A stretch of DNA of 64,000 nucleotides from Octopus vulgaris (taxonomy: Eukaryota): the NCBI GenBank assembly GCA_951406725.2, contig OX597826.1, positions 6,262,001-6,326,000 on the forward strand, read 5' to 3'. How positions within the stretch are numbered: position 1 is the stretch's first letter; each line of letters opens with the position of its first letter. Of this stretch, positions 42,843 through 56,561 are shown one piece after another. The notes below the pieces were generated by a model. The model saw only the letters and a list, made by a program, of their open reading frames with translations. It was not told where the DNA came from and did no database searches. A program made the position numbers and the translations under genes.

Positions 42843-43518
42843 TAGGCGTAGGAGTGGCTGTGTGGTAAGTAGTTTGCTTACGAACCATAGGGTTCAGGGT
42901 TCAGTCCCACTACGTGGCACAATGTGCAAGTGTCTTCTGCTATAGCCTCGGGCCGACCAAAGCATTGTGAGTGGATTTCGTAGACGGAAACTGAAAGGAA
43001 GCCCGTCATGCATTTGATAGACAGAACATGAAAGAAACCTATCATGTATACGTATGTATATATTTATATGTTTCTCTGTTTCTGTGTTTGTTCCTCCACC
43101 ATCGTTGTACAACCGATATTGGTGCCTATAGATTCCCCTATCTTGGCGGAATAAATACGAGTCTTCCAAAGAATAAGCCTATGATTTCTTCGACCAAAGG
43201 CGATGCTGTAGCAGGGCTGCTTTTAGTCGAGCCTAGTACTTATTCTATCGATCATCTTTGCCAAACCGCTAGATTACAGGGACGTAACTACACAAGTATT
43301 GGTTGTTAGGCGATCTTGGGTGGGGAAGACACACACACACACATACATGTATAAACGACGGTCTTCTTACAGTTTCTGCCTACGAAATCCACTCACAAGT
43401 CTCTCTGGTCGTCTCGAGGCTATAGTATAAAATATTTACCCAATGTGCCACTCAGAGGGAAGGAATATGGAACCATGTGGTTGGTTAACAACTTACCACA
43501 CAGTCATTCCTGCGCCTA
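42843..43518. mobile_element. Tail-to-tail pair of SINE family D copies
   Basis: Plus copy starts 'aggcgtaggagtggctgtgtggtaag' with B box 'gggttcagtccc'; minus copy ends 'cttaccacacagtcattcctgcgccta'. Confidence 0.8.
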
Positions 43519-44618
43519 TATAGAGGTAATTTAGATTTCAAACACACTGTTTCTCCTTACCTTAGCTTCGTGATGAATAATGAAATTCTATTGGTCATAA
43601 AACTCTCTCATTCACTCTCACTTTCTCTCCCTCACTCTCTGTTTCTCGCTCTTTCTCTCTGTCTCTATGCCTCTCTATGTCTCTCTACCAATCACTATCT
43701 TTGCATTCATCTGCCTGGCAGATATACGTGTGCATAGGTAGATGTGCGTTTTTATCTATCTATCTGTATTGTTCTCGTTCTCTCTCTCGCTCTGTTTCTG
43801 CCTCTGTCTCTGTCTCTCCGACCCCTATCTCTCTCAGTCTCTCTCTGTCTCCCTCGGTATATATATATGTTTACACATGTAGAAATAGGTAGGTAAGACA
43901 CAGTGATTAAAGTGTAGGGTATTTCTTAGCTTCAAACGATTAGGCAGCTAGTATAGATGAGAAAACGTGGACAATATACAAATAACAAGTACATATATTT
44001 GTAAACATCTTAAGTTACATACGTCTTCTCATCAATATGGGAAGAAAAGAGATAAAGAAGAATAAAGAGATTTCGACAAGCTGATGATCATCATACACCA
44101 CTTGGCATATATATATATATATATATTGAGTGAGAAAACGGTATGGACGGATTTTTAGAGTTCAATAACACCCTGTACGCCTATTTGATTATGAAGATTT
44201 AAAAACATACTTTCCCAGTGATACTCAGTTTACCTACCATTATAAATAATACCAAATGTTCTTCCTCAAACCTTTCATAATGTGATACAAGTCTTTCGTG
44301 TAGCAATTGCATGCGGCTGAAGAGGGCTTTTAAACTATCTGTTACGTCGATTATACATTGATGTAAGAATAAGTTGTTTTATAAAGCTCGAAACATGTGT
44401 ACCCCGACATCCTTTGTGTCCTGTTTTTCATTTTATTTCATTTGATACACACACACACACACACACACACACATTATTATATTATTATATGATAAATAGA
44501 AAAATACAAAACTGGGACAAGAATGTAAAACTTTTAGAAGACGATACAAAAAACACGGACGGGACATTCGAAGCCTTCAATCTTCAGTCAAGAACCAGAT
44601 CATCCTAGCAATTTCGGC

Positions 44619-44649
<31 letters not shown>

Positions 44650-45289
44650 TATATAACTTTTTAACATTATTCTCAATATGAATGAAATAGTATATGAATA
44701 AATATGTGTGTGTGTGTGTGTGTGTGAGTGTTTGCCTGTAGAAATAAAGAGAGAGGGGAGATTGAGAGAGACAGAATGACAAGAAAATAGATAGGGAAGT
44801 GAGGTACTGAATAGGGGGATAGAAATGATGTCTGCGATTTGCAAAACGAAAAAGTACTAAGATTATGAGTATTCACAATATATGTTGTTGGCGTTAAGAG
44901 ATAAATGTTTTTGAAAGAATAGATAATAAATTCCATAGCTTATACATACATCATTAAAATAAGAACTTAGAAACGAAAGGTGGAAATTAACATGATTAAA
45001 CGACAAGACATAATGAGAAGTATTATTAAATGATAAATTAATTAACGAAAATGTTTGGTAACAAAGACATTGGATATATTAACTGAGAAATTATTTTATG
45101 GAATTGTGACGTGCATAATTAGGGTTATTAAATATTAACAGAAAATATCGAAGGATCTTTTAGTAAGCATTTTTCAGAACATAATTGTAGGATGCTGCAG
45201 ATTACGCGAAATATATTAAAATATAGATGTAGATAATCGATAGCTGATTAATAGATAAGTAGATTTATTCTGACACAATAAATATTCAT

Positions 45290-45320
<31 letters not shown>

Positions 45321-45383
45321 TATATATATACATATATATGTACATTTATATATGTATGCATATGTATATATATTATATATATT

Positions 45384-45435
<52 letters not shown>

Positions 45436-45666
45436 AGTATGTATATGCGGTGTTTCCAACGGGGACAACCAAATAAGGGGAATATTCCTTGCGTTGTATG
45501 TCTTGTTCTCTGTTTTTTCGTTGTTTGAAAAAAAAGTTCCTTTCTATGTTTTTGTTTTTATGTTTTCGTTTCTCATTGTGTTCAACGTTTTTTTTTATGT
45601 CCTGTACCCATATATGCATGTATATATAAATATAGATGTAGGTATGTACATATATGTATGTATAGA

Positions 45667-45726
<60 letters not shown>

Positions 45727-46326
45727 TATATCAATATCAATAATACAGTGATTGTTTCTTGTCAGGAACAAAAAGATTAATAGGACTGCTATAGAAGTGC
45801 TCTATTGAGAGAGACAAAAATATCAAACTAAAATTATTGAACAAAAATTATTTGCTTGTTCAATAATTTTAGTTTGATATATATATATATATATATTTAT
45901 ATCCATGTACCCATATATGCATGTATATATACATATAGATGTAGGTATGTACATTGATTTCTAAAACAACTTCGAGAGGGCTAAGTTTCAATTGAGAGGT
46001 ATTAAATTAAAGTCGAATTCACTAATTAACTACTGCTAAATGTATACATAGAAGGATCATTAAAGGTGGCCTGGACAACGATGGAACGGAACCGGGATTA
46101 TTAGTACCACACCTTAGTTTGTCCGCTGCATTTGCTATTCCCCCCAAATTATCCACTCACTAGCTAAACTGATATTGCCAGAGTAAAGATTTCCTTTATA
46201 TATTTGTTTTGAATTTCAAGTAAACTCTCTCATCTTACATAATATATTTTGCAAACTAAGCATGAATTCATGACACTACATAGTGAAGGAGAAAAGTTAA
46301 CCTTCAAATTGATGACAAGGGCGATG

Positions 46327-46360
<34 letters not shown>

Positions 46361-46664
46361 AGATAGTATATATTAGATTCCCATATTGATTATTTATATT
46401 CATTTTAAGGTTCCGGTTGATAAATACACAAACGGAGATATTGTTAGTATAGACAATGACACATATACAGAAAAAGGAAGTTGATATATTCATTTCTAAC
46501 TTCAGCATGTTAAATTCGACAGTCTGAATAGTGGTTGTGGTGCGACTGGTAATATCCTATATAAATAAACACTCACTGAAATACATGAAGAATTAACAGA
46601 TACCAGATGATCGTAAATAGGGTTTGTATGAATGTATGCATGCTACATAACACACACACATACA

Positions 46665-46723
<59 letters not shown>

Positions 46724-46738
46724 TATATTATATCTATA

Positions 46739-47115
46739 CGAGCAAAACGCCCCCGTCCGGTGAACTGTGCTGCGTTGTCAAACATTTTAACCAAATTTTC
46801 TCAAAACAACTTGTCCGACCGTCTCATAGACCCCCCCCACACACACACACTTTGAGAAACACTGATTTAACCTAAATTTGAGACACCATCAACAGAAGAA
46901 ATAAAGAGAGACTTTCTTTCTATTCCAAAGAAAAACGATTTTATTCAATTTATCGATCACATTCTCACCTGGAATCGATTTTTGCAATCTTTTCAAGACT
47001 TATATACGCCCTGATGCCGTCGGTATTTTCATATCAAATTTGAGTGCAATCGGATGGAGGATGCCCGATATCCTAGAAGATACGCACACAGACCGAACGG
47101 ATTTTATATAATAGA
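46739..47115 (-). mobile_element. Non-autonomous Helitron
   Basis: Reverse complement begins A|TCTATTATATAAAA, has a 'ccgattgcactcaaatttg' core, and ends GC-rich '...gggggcgttttgCTCG|T' (CTAG-like). Confidence 0.65.
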
Positions 47116-47158
47116 TATGTGCACACACATACATATCCATGTGTGCGTTTGTATACAT

Positions 47159-47221
<63 letters not shown>

Positions 47222-47355
47222 TCAATAAATGGTGAGGTTGTGTTGACCGCACGTGGAGAAATGATAACCAAGGAAAAATTGTAAAAATGCAGAATGCTCG
47301 ATTGAAAGAAAATTTTAATGAAATGAGAAAATGAAAAAATATATAAATATATATT

Positions 47356-47397
47356 TATTCAAACCGGTTTTCGTCATAGTTTGACTTATCAAGAATA
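47356..47397 (-). ncRNA. Minimal hammerhead, U3-A8 variant
   Basis: UAUUC-UUGAUAA-GUCA(AACUA)UGAC-GAAA-ACCGGU-UU-GAAUA. Confidence 0.7.
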
Positions 47398-47848
47398 GTT
47401 AGGTGAAAAGGTTTTTTAAAAATAAGAAAGGGGAAAAAAAGTTGCATTGTTTTTTGCAAAAGAATAATAATAAATATGTATACAAATTAAAAAATAAGTA
47501 CTCCGATAAATTGTGAGTTCGTTGTGTATCTTGAGTTTAATGATTGTTCACGAAAAAATTACCTTGAGGTATTAGGATCCAATGGGATTAAGGCCATGTG
47601 TTGTTTGGTTTAATTTAGGATGTTGGCAAAACAGGAAGTAGTAGTAATTGTGGTTCTTCAGTTCCTGTGTTGTGAATAAGGGGAGACAACTCATTTGGGA
47701 CAACGAACTCACAATGTATCGGAGTACTTTTTTTATTTTTATACATATTTATTTTTTAAATTTTTATACATATTTATTATTATTCTTTTGCAAAAAACAA
47801 TGCAACTTTTTTTCCCCTTTCTCATTTTTAAAAACCTTTTCACCTAAC

Positions 47849-47890
47849 TATTCTTGATAAGTCAAACTATGACGAAAACCAGTTTGAATA
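47849..47890 (+). ncRNA. Minimal hammerhead, U3-A8 variant (mirror copy)
   Basis: tattc-ttgataa-gtca(aacta)tgac-gaaa-accagt-tt-gaata. Confidence 0.65.
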
Positions 47891-48985
47891 AATATATATT
47901 TATATATTTTTTCATTTTCTCATTTCATTAAAATTTTCTTTCAATCGAGCATTCTGCATTTTTACAATTTTTCCTTGCTATATATATATATATATATATA
48001 TACGCATGTGTGTAAGTATGTATATATGTATGTATGTACGTATGAGTTTGTGTTTGTATGCATTTTGCTATATAGATGAAAATAAATGACTGTCCATGTG
48101 TGTTTGTATGTATATGAATCTGCGAAACATCTATAATACACACGCTAAATGCCTGCATATAGTGGGACATATATTTGTCCCCTAACACATATTTGAAACG
48201 CTACATTTATCCCATTTCCGTGAGCTGGCCATGACATATCTAACTGTAGAATTTCTGATGTGTGTAGCACCTCAGACAGAGGATCATATGTCCGAGCGAT
48301 CATATTTTTGCCGTTTATCGTATTTGAGCGATGATTCATAGATATACGAATTGCATTTGACCAAAAATAGTCTGTATATCTCATCCTCATATTGTGTCTG
48401 AAACCATATGAAAAACCCGGACATTGAAGGATTCTGGGATTTAGCATATCTATTGCATACGGTCCATTTCTCACACCATCCATGAGTCTGAATATATAGA
48501 CTGCTCTGAAGACACATTCTTTTTATAGAGGTTGAGATATCTCTATATAAGGATAGTTGGTAAATACGTGGGTTATGTGCTCCTTGGTTAGTTGGTTTCT
48601 CCAATCAAAATATCATTACAAAAATGTATAAATATAAGAAATGTTGGCTGAATGCAAATACTATAGTTGGTGGCAGACAATCATTCAAAGAATTCTAGAT
48701 ACAGAGTAGGAACAGAAATAAATCTCTATTTCTTTTGTTTGTTTCTCTTGAAAATTAGCGCCCAGAAATTTAATGAAATTTATTGTACAATGATTGTGTT
48801 TATGGTATCGTGCATTGTAGCGGAAGTATATTTCCAAAGTCTCTCGTCATATAAAGGGTAACACTTTAGGACCTTAACTTTCTGAGCTTTTATAATTGTA
48901 GAGCAAATTATGATTGTTAGGTATCTCAAGTCGTAAGTTGTGTATATTACATATTTATAAATTTAGTTTTTTTTTTTGCATTTTC

Positions 48986-49410
48986 AGATGCACAGATCTG
49001 TCGTGGCTGGGTGGTAAGAAGCTTGCTTTCCATCCACATGGTTACGGGTTCCGTTCCATTGCGTGGCACCTTGGACAAGTATTTTTTTTTACTATAGCCT
49101 CGGGCCAACCGAAGCCTTGCGAGTGGATTTGGTAGACGGAAACTGAAAGAAGCCCGTCGTATATAGGAATATATATCGATGTGTGGCTGTCTGGATGTCT
49201 CCCATCACTGCTAGACAACTAGTGTTTTTGTATCTATGTTCACGTAACATAGCGGTTCGGCCAAAGGACCGATATATTAGATATTACGCTTTAAAAGGAA
49301 GTAAGCCTTGGTGTCAATTTGTTTGATGAAATTTGACTAAAACCCTCCTAATCGGTGCCCCAGCATGGACGCAGCCAAATGAGTGAAAGAAGTAAATGAT
49401 AAAAGATAAA
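48986..49410 (+). mobile_element. SINE family D, full length, diverged
   Basis: Head 'gtggctgggtggtaagaagcttgc...tagacggaaactgaaagaagcccgtc' plus tail 'gcggttcggccaaag...cagcatggacgcagccaaatga'. Confidence 0.8.
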
Positions 49411-49419
49411 AGATATATC

Positions 49420-49731
49420 CACATTTGTATAAAACAATCCTGAAAGCTTAACGTCACGATTGTAGCCTGAAGACGCTTGATGTGCCGTATCGAAAGCTTG
49501 ACATGATTCGTGGCTTCGTTACCAGCCTGGTGCATAAGTTTGGTCAAATTGCTAGGGCAGATACCAAGCTTTGTCACCATTTTCTAAATAGCTCAGTGTA
49601 CTGCGCTTATTGACGTATCCTTGTTTTCTTTGTATCGTCCATCTGGAATATTTTGTTCCATTTTTCTATCATCTAACTCTCCAGAAGTTTTGCCTTCTTG
49701 TCCCATTTTGTATTATTTATATATATATATA

Positions 49732-49775
<44 letters not shown>

Positions 49776-50060
49776 GAAAACAAAGAAACAAGGAAAGAAA
49801 TACATACGAATGATCACGTCTATGTGTGGAAATGGCGAAAAACATGAGTTTCGCTCGGCAGAAACAATTTCAAAGAACTTTCCACAGACTTCTAGAGCCC
49901 TTATTGTCATGATGTTGCTCGCACATTTCTATTTCACTCTGCTTTGTGATAAACATCGAATCGATTGTGTCCCATCCTTTGTTGCATGATACTTATTTAC
50001 CCAGTATTTTGCCTATAACCATGGGTGGAAGGCATGAATTTAGAGATTGTGATGCTCTTA
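49420..50060 (-). pseudogene. Heavily decayed RTE-like reverse transcriptase fragment
   Basis: Minus-strand pieces VIGKILGK, KGWDTIDSMFITKQ..EMCEQH and KMVTKLGICPSNLTKLMHQ occur in the expected RT motif order. Confidence 0.5.
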
Positions 50061-51816
50061 GCCTGCATTCATCCTGTGACATGTGTATTCCTGGCTCTAC
50101 CCGTTGGTTACTTAGTGATGAAGCACAATTTTGCAAAATTAACAGTCCTCTGTCATGGCATCAGCTGGTTTGCTCTATTACCTAAGGATATACGGGTGTT
50201 ACCGTTTGATGATAGCTCTAATTACAGGCAAAATTGGTATCACATAAAGGAGATCGATATGACCTGTTCATAACAACCTTTTCTACTCCTGGGTACTGGT
50301 TTATTTTGGTATACGATCTGTTCAGTTGACTTTCCGTCTCACTCCATTATAAGTGGTAGAGATTTTAACAGAGAGTGTCGTCTGATTACTCCACTATTTT
50401 GCATATCTAAGATATTATTTGCTGCGTAATAAATCTTCTTTTCCTCATGAGTTTCTGCTAGTATTTGCTTTTCATGACATTTGTGATCATTGATATTTCA
50501 GATAGCAGAAAAAAATTTCCTTCATGACATCGACTTATTCGAAAAGAGACGAAGTGGAGAAAATTATTTACTAATCTTAATCAACAATACAACTGAAAAG
50601 GCGAAGTAAATTGACATTCAGGAATAATGAAGAACTAAAGAACATGCGGAAGAGCATCTATAACCTGTGTCTGGACTTTAACCTAAAGAACCAGAAAAAT
50701 CTTTGCCAACATACTTGAAGATTTCTCCATAATACTTCGAGAGAAAGGAGAAAATGCCACAGAGAAACATTCAATGGTGAAAAGAAAAGTTGAGCTTAAC
50801 CATTTTCAATAGAGAGAAGTACGAAAAACTACATACAAAGAGAATAAATTGCAAAGTTGTTAAATATAAATGAAGAAACTTTTGAGCCTATAGCAATTTC
50901 TAAGAAATTATGAATTTTAGAAAACAGGAAAGAATATTTTCACATTATTAGCCCCCATATTTAAACATATTTTACACAAAACTTACAGAGATATAAGAAA
51001 TGACAAACAGGTATGAAAAACAAAGAATACTGATAAGGAACTGTCAATAAATTCGAGCGTCTTATACAAGAAAACATTAGCCACGCCAAAATAAAAAAAA
51101 TCTCAACTACTCAACATATATTATGCCACCGTTTCAGCAGTATGGCGATTCTAAAAGAGAATGGGAAGGGAAGAAACACAAGGTATAAATTATAAGCATA
51201 TATATCAACCTGAAATACAGGTAGTATTTTACTTAACACGACTTTTGTAATATATTATAACTGTTATTACAAACGTGTTCTACGATGAAGCGTTACTAAT
51301 AAAGACATCTCTAGCGCACTGCTTTCAATGTCAGTGTAAATGAAGTGGAAAGATTTTTAGCGATTTTTGTTTTGTATTTAATATTGTCGTTTGGAATTAT
51401 GTGTAAAATAAACATGGCACTTTGTAATTCATTATGCAAAAACATTTACTTAGGTTTCGGCGTATACTTTTCACATATGATTTAATTTTACGAATATTTA
51501 AAACTTTCGCATCTTTCACACTGCCTATCTGTTTCCATCAATCTCTGTCTCTCTCTGCCTGTTTCCATGTCTCTCTGTCTATCTCCTACTCTCTCTGTTT
51601 CTGTCTCCCTCTCTCTCTTTCTCAATAGTTACACATACTCACACACACACACACATATATATATATATAAATATATAAATATAGAGAGGTAGATACTTAG
51701 ATAGATAGTTAGATAGATACACAGATAGATGGATGGATAGATAGACATGTATATCTATCCAGCTATCATTATACGCATTGTATAATGTACGTATGCAAAC
51801 AGGCATATATATATAG

Positions 51817-51864
<48 letters not shown>

Positions 51865-51891
51865 TTGTATGTGTGTGCGTGTGTATATATG

Positions 51892-51940
<49 letters not shown>

Positions 51941-52303
51941 AGGACTTTATGTATGTAGGTTTGACAGGTATGTATATATGCATGTATTTATGTATGTATG
52001 ATTGTGTATCTCTACGTGTAAATGTATGTACGTAACCATCATGATACAAGCAGATACCTAAGTACGTGTACATGTGCTCATTAAAAGACAGAAACAATTG
52101 AAATATTATCTCTCAATTATAGATCTTGAGCAAACACAATATATTTAGATGTCACTTCTCATGTCAGAAAATTGCGAAATATCGAACACAAAGAATATAT
52201 GTTATGCATGTATGTATATTTTCATACATACATGCATACATACATACATATATTATATGCATATTTTTCTTTATATATATATATATACATATATATGTGT
52301 GTT

Positions 52304-52365
<62 letters not shown>

Positions 52366-52393
52366 GATATTTATATATATATATACATATATA

Positions 52394-52443
<50 letters not shown>

Positions 52444-53631
52444 TATATATATATGTATATATATTAAAATGTATGTGTGCATATATGAATGTATTGTTAT
52501 AAAACATTCTCCAAATTGAAATTATACGCAATGACATCGGCAAACACACTAAGAGAATTATATAATGCCGTTACTCTTTTCTTTATAAAATATGTATTCA
52601 AATATTCTGAAATTTGGTATTAAATTTTGACATTAATGTACATCCTTTCATCTTGAACAGCATTGCTAATATCTATCTAAATGTGTACAGACTTAAAGCT
52701 GCCACGCATAAATTGAAGTACACCATACATACATTCGCACTCGCACATACATATAAACACACAGACACACACACACGCTGACACACACTCAGACACAATG
52801 TCAGACACACTCACTCATATAAGCACACAAACACACACAAGCACGCATATATATTATATATGCGTGTTTGCCTGTGTATGTATATTTGTATATGCATTTA
52901 TATATGTATTGGAAACATACACAGACTTAATTTCGCACAAACATACATATTCATTCATACATAACGTACGTTCGAATCTTCTTAATTCGACTTTTATAGA
53001 CGAACACTGTAATACGATTATAATAATAATCTGGAATTCTCTTTATTTTCCGAAATGTCAAATTAACGTTTCATTATTTTCAAATATATGTCACAATAGA
53101 AACATTTCGCTGACTATAAATTTAAGTCCATCTTAATAAATTTCGTATAAGCATTGTAACCAGACAATTTACTCGTTGTAAACGTTACTTCATTTTGCAT
53201 CAGTCTTGTAGCTATTAAGCAACGTATTACAACATTATTAAATGAAAAGTTTAAAGCTTGTTTCCTGTTTTATCGACCACAAATTATTTATCGCATATAG
53301 TTATCAGAAATACATAAGTGAAAGCAGTGTAATATTTGATACAAGTTGAAAGTATACTCTTGAAATTACGTATATTAGATTATTAACATTTACATGAATG
53401 TACATCACAGCATGAATATATATGGGGTAAATAATATACAACTAACGATTGGAACTAACAGAATGCAAGCAGACGGGTAACGTATACAATGGAGATTTAA
53501 TGCAAAAGTATATAAACGATCTTTTTAAATTATTTACTATTCGTTTGTTTATTTACTACACATATTTTGGTGGAAGTATATACATAGGTATGTCACATTT
53601 TCCGTTACATGTCATTTTATTTAATCCTGAA

Positions 53632-53673
<42 letters not shown>

Positions 53674-53678
<5 letters not shown>

Positions 53679-53982
53679 AAATAAGAAAATGGAGGAATAT
53701 ATTCCTTACAATCATCAGCTAACAGATAATACCAATTCATATACTTTATTAACTAATTAAATAATTAAATAGGAACATAAAAATAATACCATAAAAATAA
53801 TATATGTACTATTTTTATGGTATTATCTTACTTATTGATGTATATTGTTTTATTCTGTTTTGCTCTGTTGGATTTAGATGTTCCTATTTAATTATTTAAT
53901 TAGATAATAAATTATATGAATTGGTATTATCTGTAAGTTGATGATTGTACGGAATCTATTCCTCCATTTTCTTATTTTGTAT
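53674..53982. repeat. Fold-back inverted repeat (~105-bp arms) with inner hairpin, next to (TA)n
   Basis: 'atacaaaataagaaaatggaggaat...aataggaacat' mirrored by 'atgttcctatt...attcctccattttcttattttgtat'. Confidence 0.85.
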
Positions 53983-54186
53983 TATGAATTTGAGGTAAAA
54001 CATTTACCTTCGCCCATCTAATACAATAAATGAACTAATTGCATTGCAATTGTAAGCATTTATGTATTAGCCTTTTGGGTACTTCACTGGCAGTATATTG
54101 GATAAATGATATCCCATAGTGGGTTACACTCATAACCCCTATCTCACTTTGTACTTTTGTATATATATATATATATATATATATAT

Positions 54187-54456
54187 GGGACCCCCTTCGG
54201 TCACGAGCTGACCATGGGATTGCACCAAGAAAGTTACCCTCCCAGGCACAAGTCCGGGCAAGGTTATTTATGGAAGACCAGCAGTCACCCATGCATACCG
54301 GACTCCCCTCTCCACGCCACCATTGTTATCCAAGGGAAAGGCAGTAGCCGATACAGCAAGGCACCCGTGACGTCACAACTCATTTCTACCAGCGTAGTGA
54401 ACTGGAGTAATGTGAAATAAAGTGTCTTGCTCAAGAACACAACACGCATCCCGGTC
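54187..54456 (-). mobile_element. SINE family A
   Basis: Reverse complement of ~610-880. Confidence 0.85.
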
Positions 54457-54459
54457 AAT

Positions 54460-54680
54460 TAAAAAAACACAGTGAAAAAGGAAAACGGAAAAGAACATGT
54501 CGACCTAGAACAACAAAGTATTAATAGGACACAGAAAGAAGGAAAAGAGAAGTAATTTTATGTTTCGAGCATTACTCTTCTTCGGAAACAGGAAAAACAG
54601 GAGTTCAAGACAAAGGAGAAAAACAATCGCCAACAATAAGAGGTAGCTACATTTTTGACGTGACTGGAAGTAGAAAAATT
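54460..54680 (-). mobile_element. Penelope-like pLTR fragment with decayed HHR at 54556-54588
   Basis: Reverse complement UUU-CCGAAGA-A-GAGU(AAU)GCUC-GAAA-CA-UA-AAA; similar to 37275-37500. Confidence 0.55.
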
Positions 54681-54756
54681 AAAAGAATGTGCATTCTGGA
54701 ACAGGAAAGGGCGAATATGGTCAGAATATATATATATTTATAAGTGTGTATGTGTA

Positions 54757-54925
54757 ACGAGGGGTTGGGAGCAGTACCTCGCTTTGGGTAAAAGAATATA
54801 TTATTCAATGTATTCCCCTCTCAATCCCTCAAATTTTCTAACATTTGTAAACCCCGGACGGCTGAGACTCCATCCAGTTATTTTCAATATACTCTTAAAG
54901 CCGGGAACTTTTCAGCACCCTTCGT
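54757..54925. mobile_element. Mariner-derived MITE
   Basis: Diverged ~29-bp TIRs: acgaggggttgggagcagtacctcgcttt versus rc acgaagggtgctgaaaagttcccggcttt. Confidence 0.5.
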
Positions 54926-54949
54926 GTGTCTGTATATATATTCTGTTAT

Positions 54950-55195
54950 TTGTTGCAGTCATCAAGCGAGGGTGGAAGGACAAACACAAACACACAAACA
55001 TAGATATATATTTATACATATATATATATCTACGACATGATTCTTTCAGTTTCCATCAACCAAATCCACTCACTAGGTTTGATCAGCTCAAGGCTATGGT
55101 AAAATACATTTGCCCGAGATGCCACGCACAGGGACTGGACCCGGAACCATATGGTTGGTAAGCAAGCAACTTACCACACAACCACTTCTACAACT
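54950..55195 (-). mobile_element. SINE family D fragment
   Basis: 'tttcagtttccatcaaccaaatccactcac...gggactggacccggaaccat...cttaccacacaaccac'. Confidence 0.75.
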
Positions 55196-55317
55196 ATATA
55201 TATATATATAAAATATATATATTTATATATATGTTTGTGTATGTGTGTATGTGTGTGTGTTTGTGTGTGTGTGTGTCCGTGTGTGTATAAGTATATATGT
55301 GTATATGTGTGTATATA

Positions 55318-55379
<62 letters not shown>

Positions 55380-56305
55380 TACATATATATGTGTATGTAT
55401 ATATATATATATGCATACAATCGTCCTGTCATATAGCTTGCTATACCATGTGGGCAGAGCCTAGGGATTGCAGAAAAGCACTAGACCTGTTATAAAATAC
55501 TAACTTTTTTTCATCGCATGAAACTATTAGTAGCTCATGAAAAGTACATACTCTGTTTGATAAATAATTATATCTATACATAATATCAGAGAGAAAAGCG
55601 GATTAATAGTCCAGGTGAAATAGTGCATTTATGAAGCTCAACGTAAATTAAGATACCAGGCTAACCAATACGTCCTGTTACAGATGATCCGACTGCAGTT
55701 AATCCGAATTCAACCGGCGGACACTAGACAGATTTGTAAATTCACCTGATGGTTAACAACAGTGATACAGGAAGCACGGACAATGGATTTTAATCATTTA
55801 TTAAGGATATACATATATTTCCGATAAACATTAGAGTGGTCTAGTTCCATATTTAACCGTATTAATCAATCGATCGCGAGTCGATCGGCAGAAAAAAGGA
55901 GAGCTGACAATTTTCAATGCCTTCATCACAGTCACAAAAATCTAATAACCAAAAGACAACACATTGATCCAAACGGTGGTATTTGAAAAACTAAGTCATT
56001 GTATTAGGCATTTTTTTCTGACCAGTACTACACAGGCAAGAGGAAAAGCGAGCTGTAATAATAGAAAATTGTGAGTCTGATCATGAAAAGAAGTGATATC
56101 TGCTATCTTCGTACATTGTGCGGGGTTGTTGCAGAGAAAGGGGGACAGTGTATTGAAAGTTAATATTAGTTCAGGCAAGGATCATATGCTATGACAAGAA
56201 AGCATTGGCAGATTGAAGACGGCTGAATAATTTAAACAGAAAGAACTATTCACAATTTAGTATATTTTAAATCTATCAGCTTCCAGTAAATGAAACAGAT
56301 AAGAA

Positions 56306-56505
56306 CATTGGTTTCAAATTTTGGCACTTTGGAAGTGCATAGTCGACTATATCCACTCCGGTGCCCAACTGGTACTATCGACCCTGGAGACTGATTTAAG
56401 GCAAAGTCGACCTCTAGAGAATTTAAACTAAGATCATGAAGACGGACGAAATGCTGTTAAGCACTATATCGGGTGAGCTAACTATTCTGCTAAATCACCT
56501 CCTCA
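56306..56505 (-). mobile_element. Diverged SINE family C
   Basis: 'caactggtactatcgacc...aaggcaaagtcgacct...gacggacgaaatgc'. Confidence 0.7.
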
Positions 56506-56561
56506 ATACAGATATGAATATTGATAATCAGAATTCACGAAGAAGTCATAATGTATATATA

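Larger units (their letters stand above)
47219..47977. mobile_element. Non-coding fold-back copy of the Neptune-like PLE (pLTR plus inverted pLTR)
   Basis: 47219-47700 matches 60316-60805; 47700-47977 is an inverted copy of ~47269-47526; (TA)n on both sides. Confidence 0.85.

Noticed and set aside
50560-51130. A-rich decayed coding-like tract
   Set aside because: Many stops and no assignable motif
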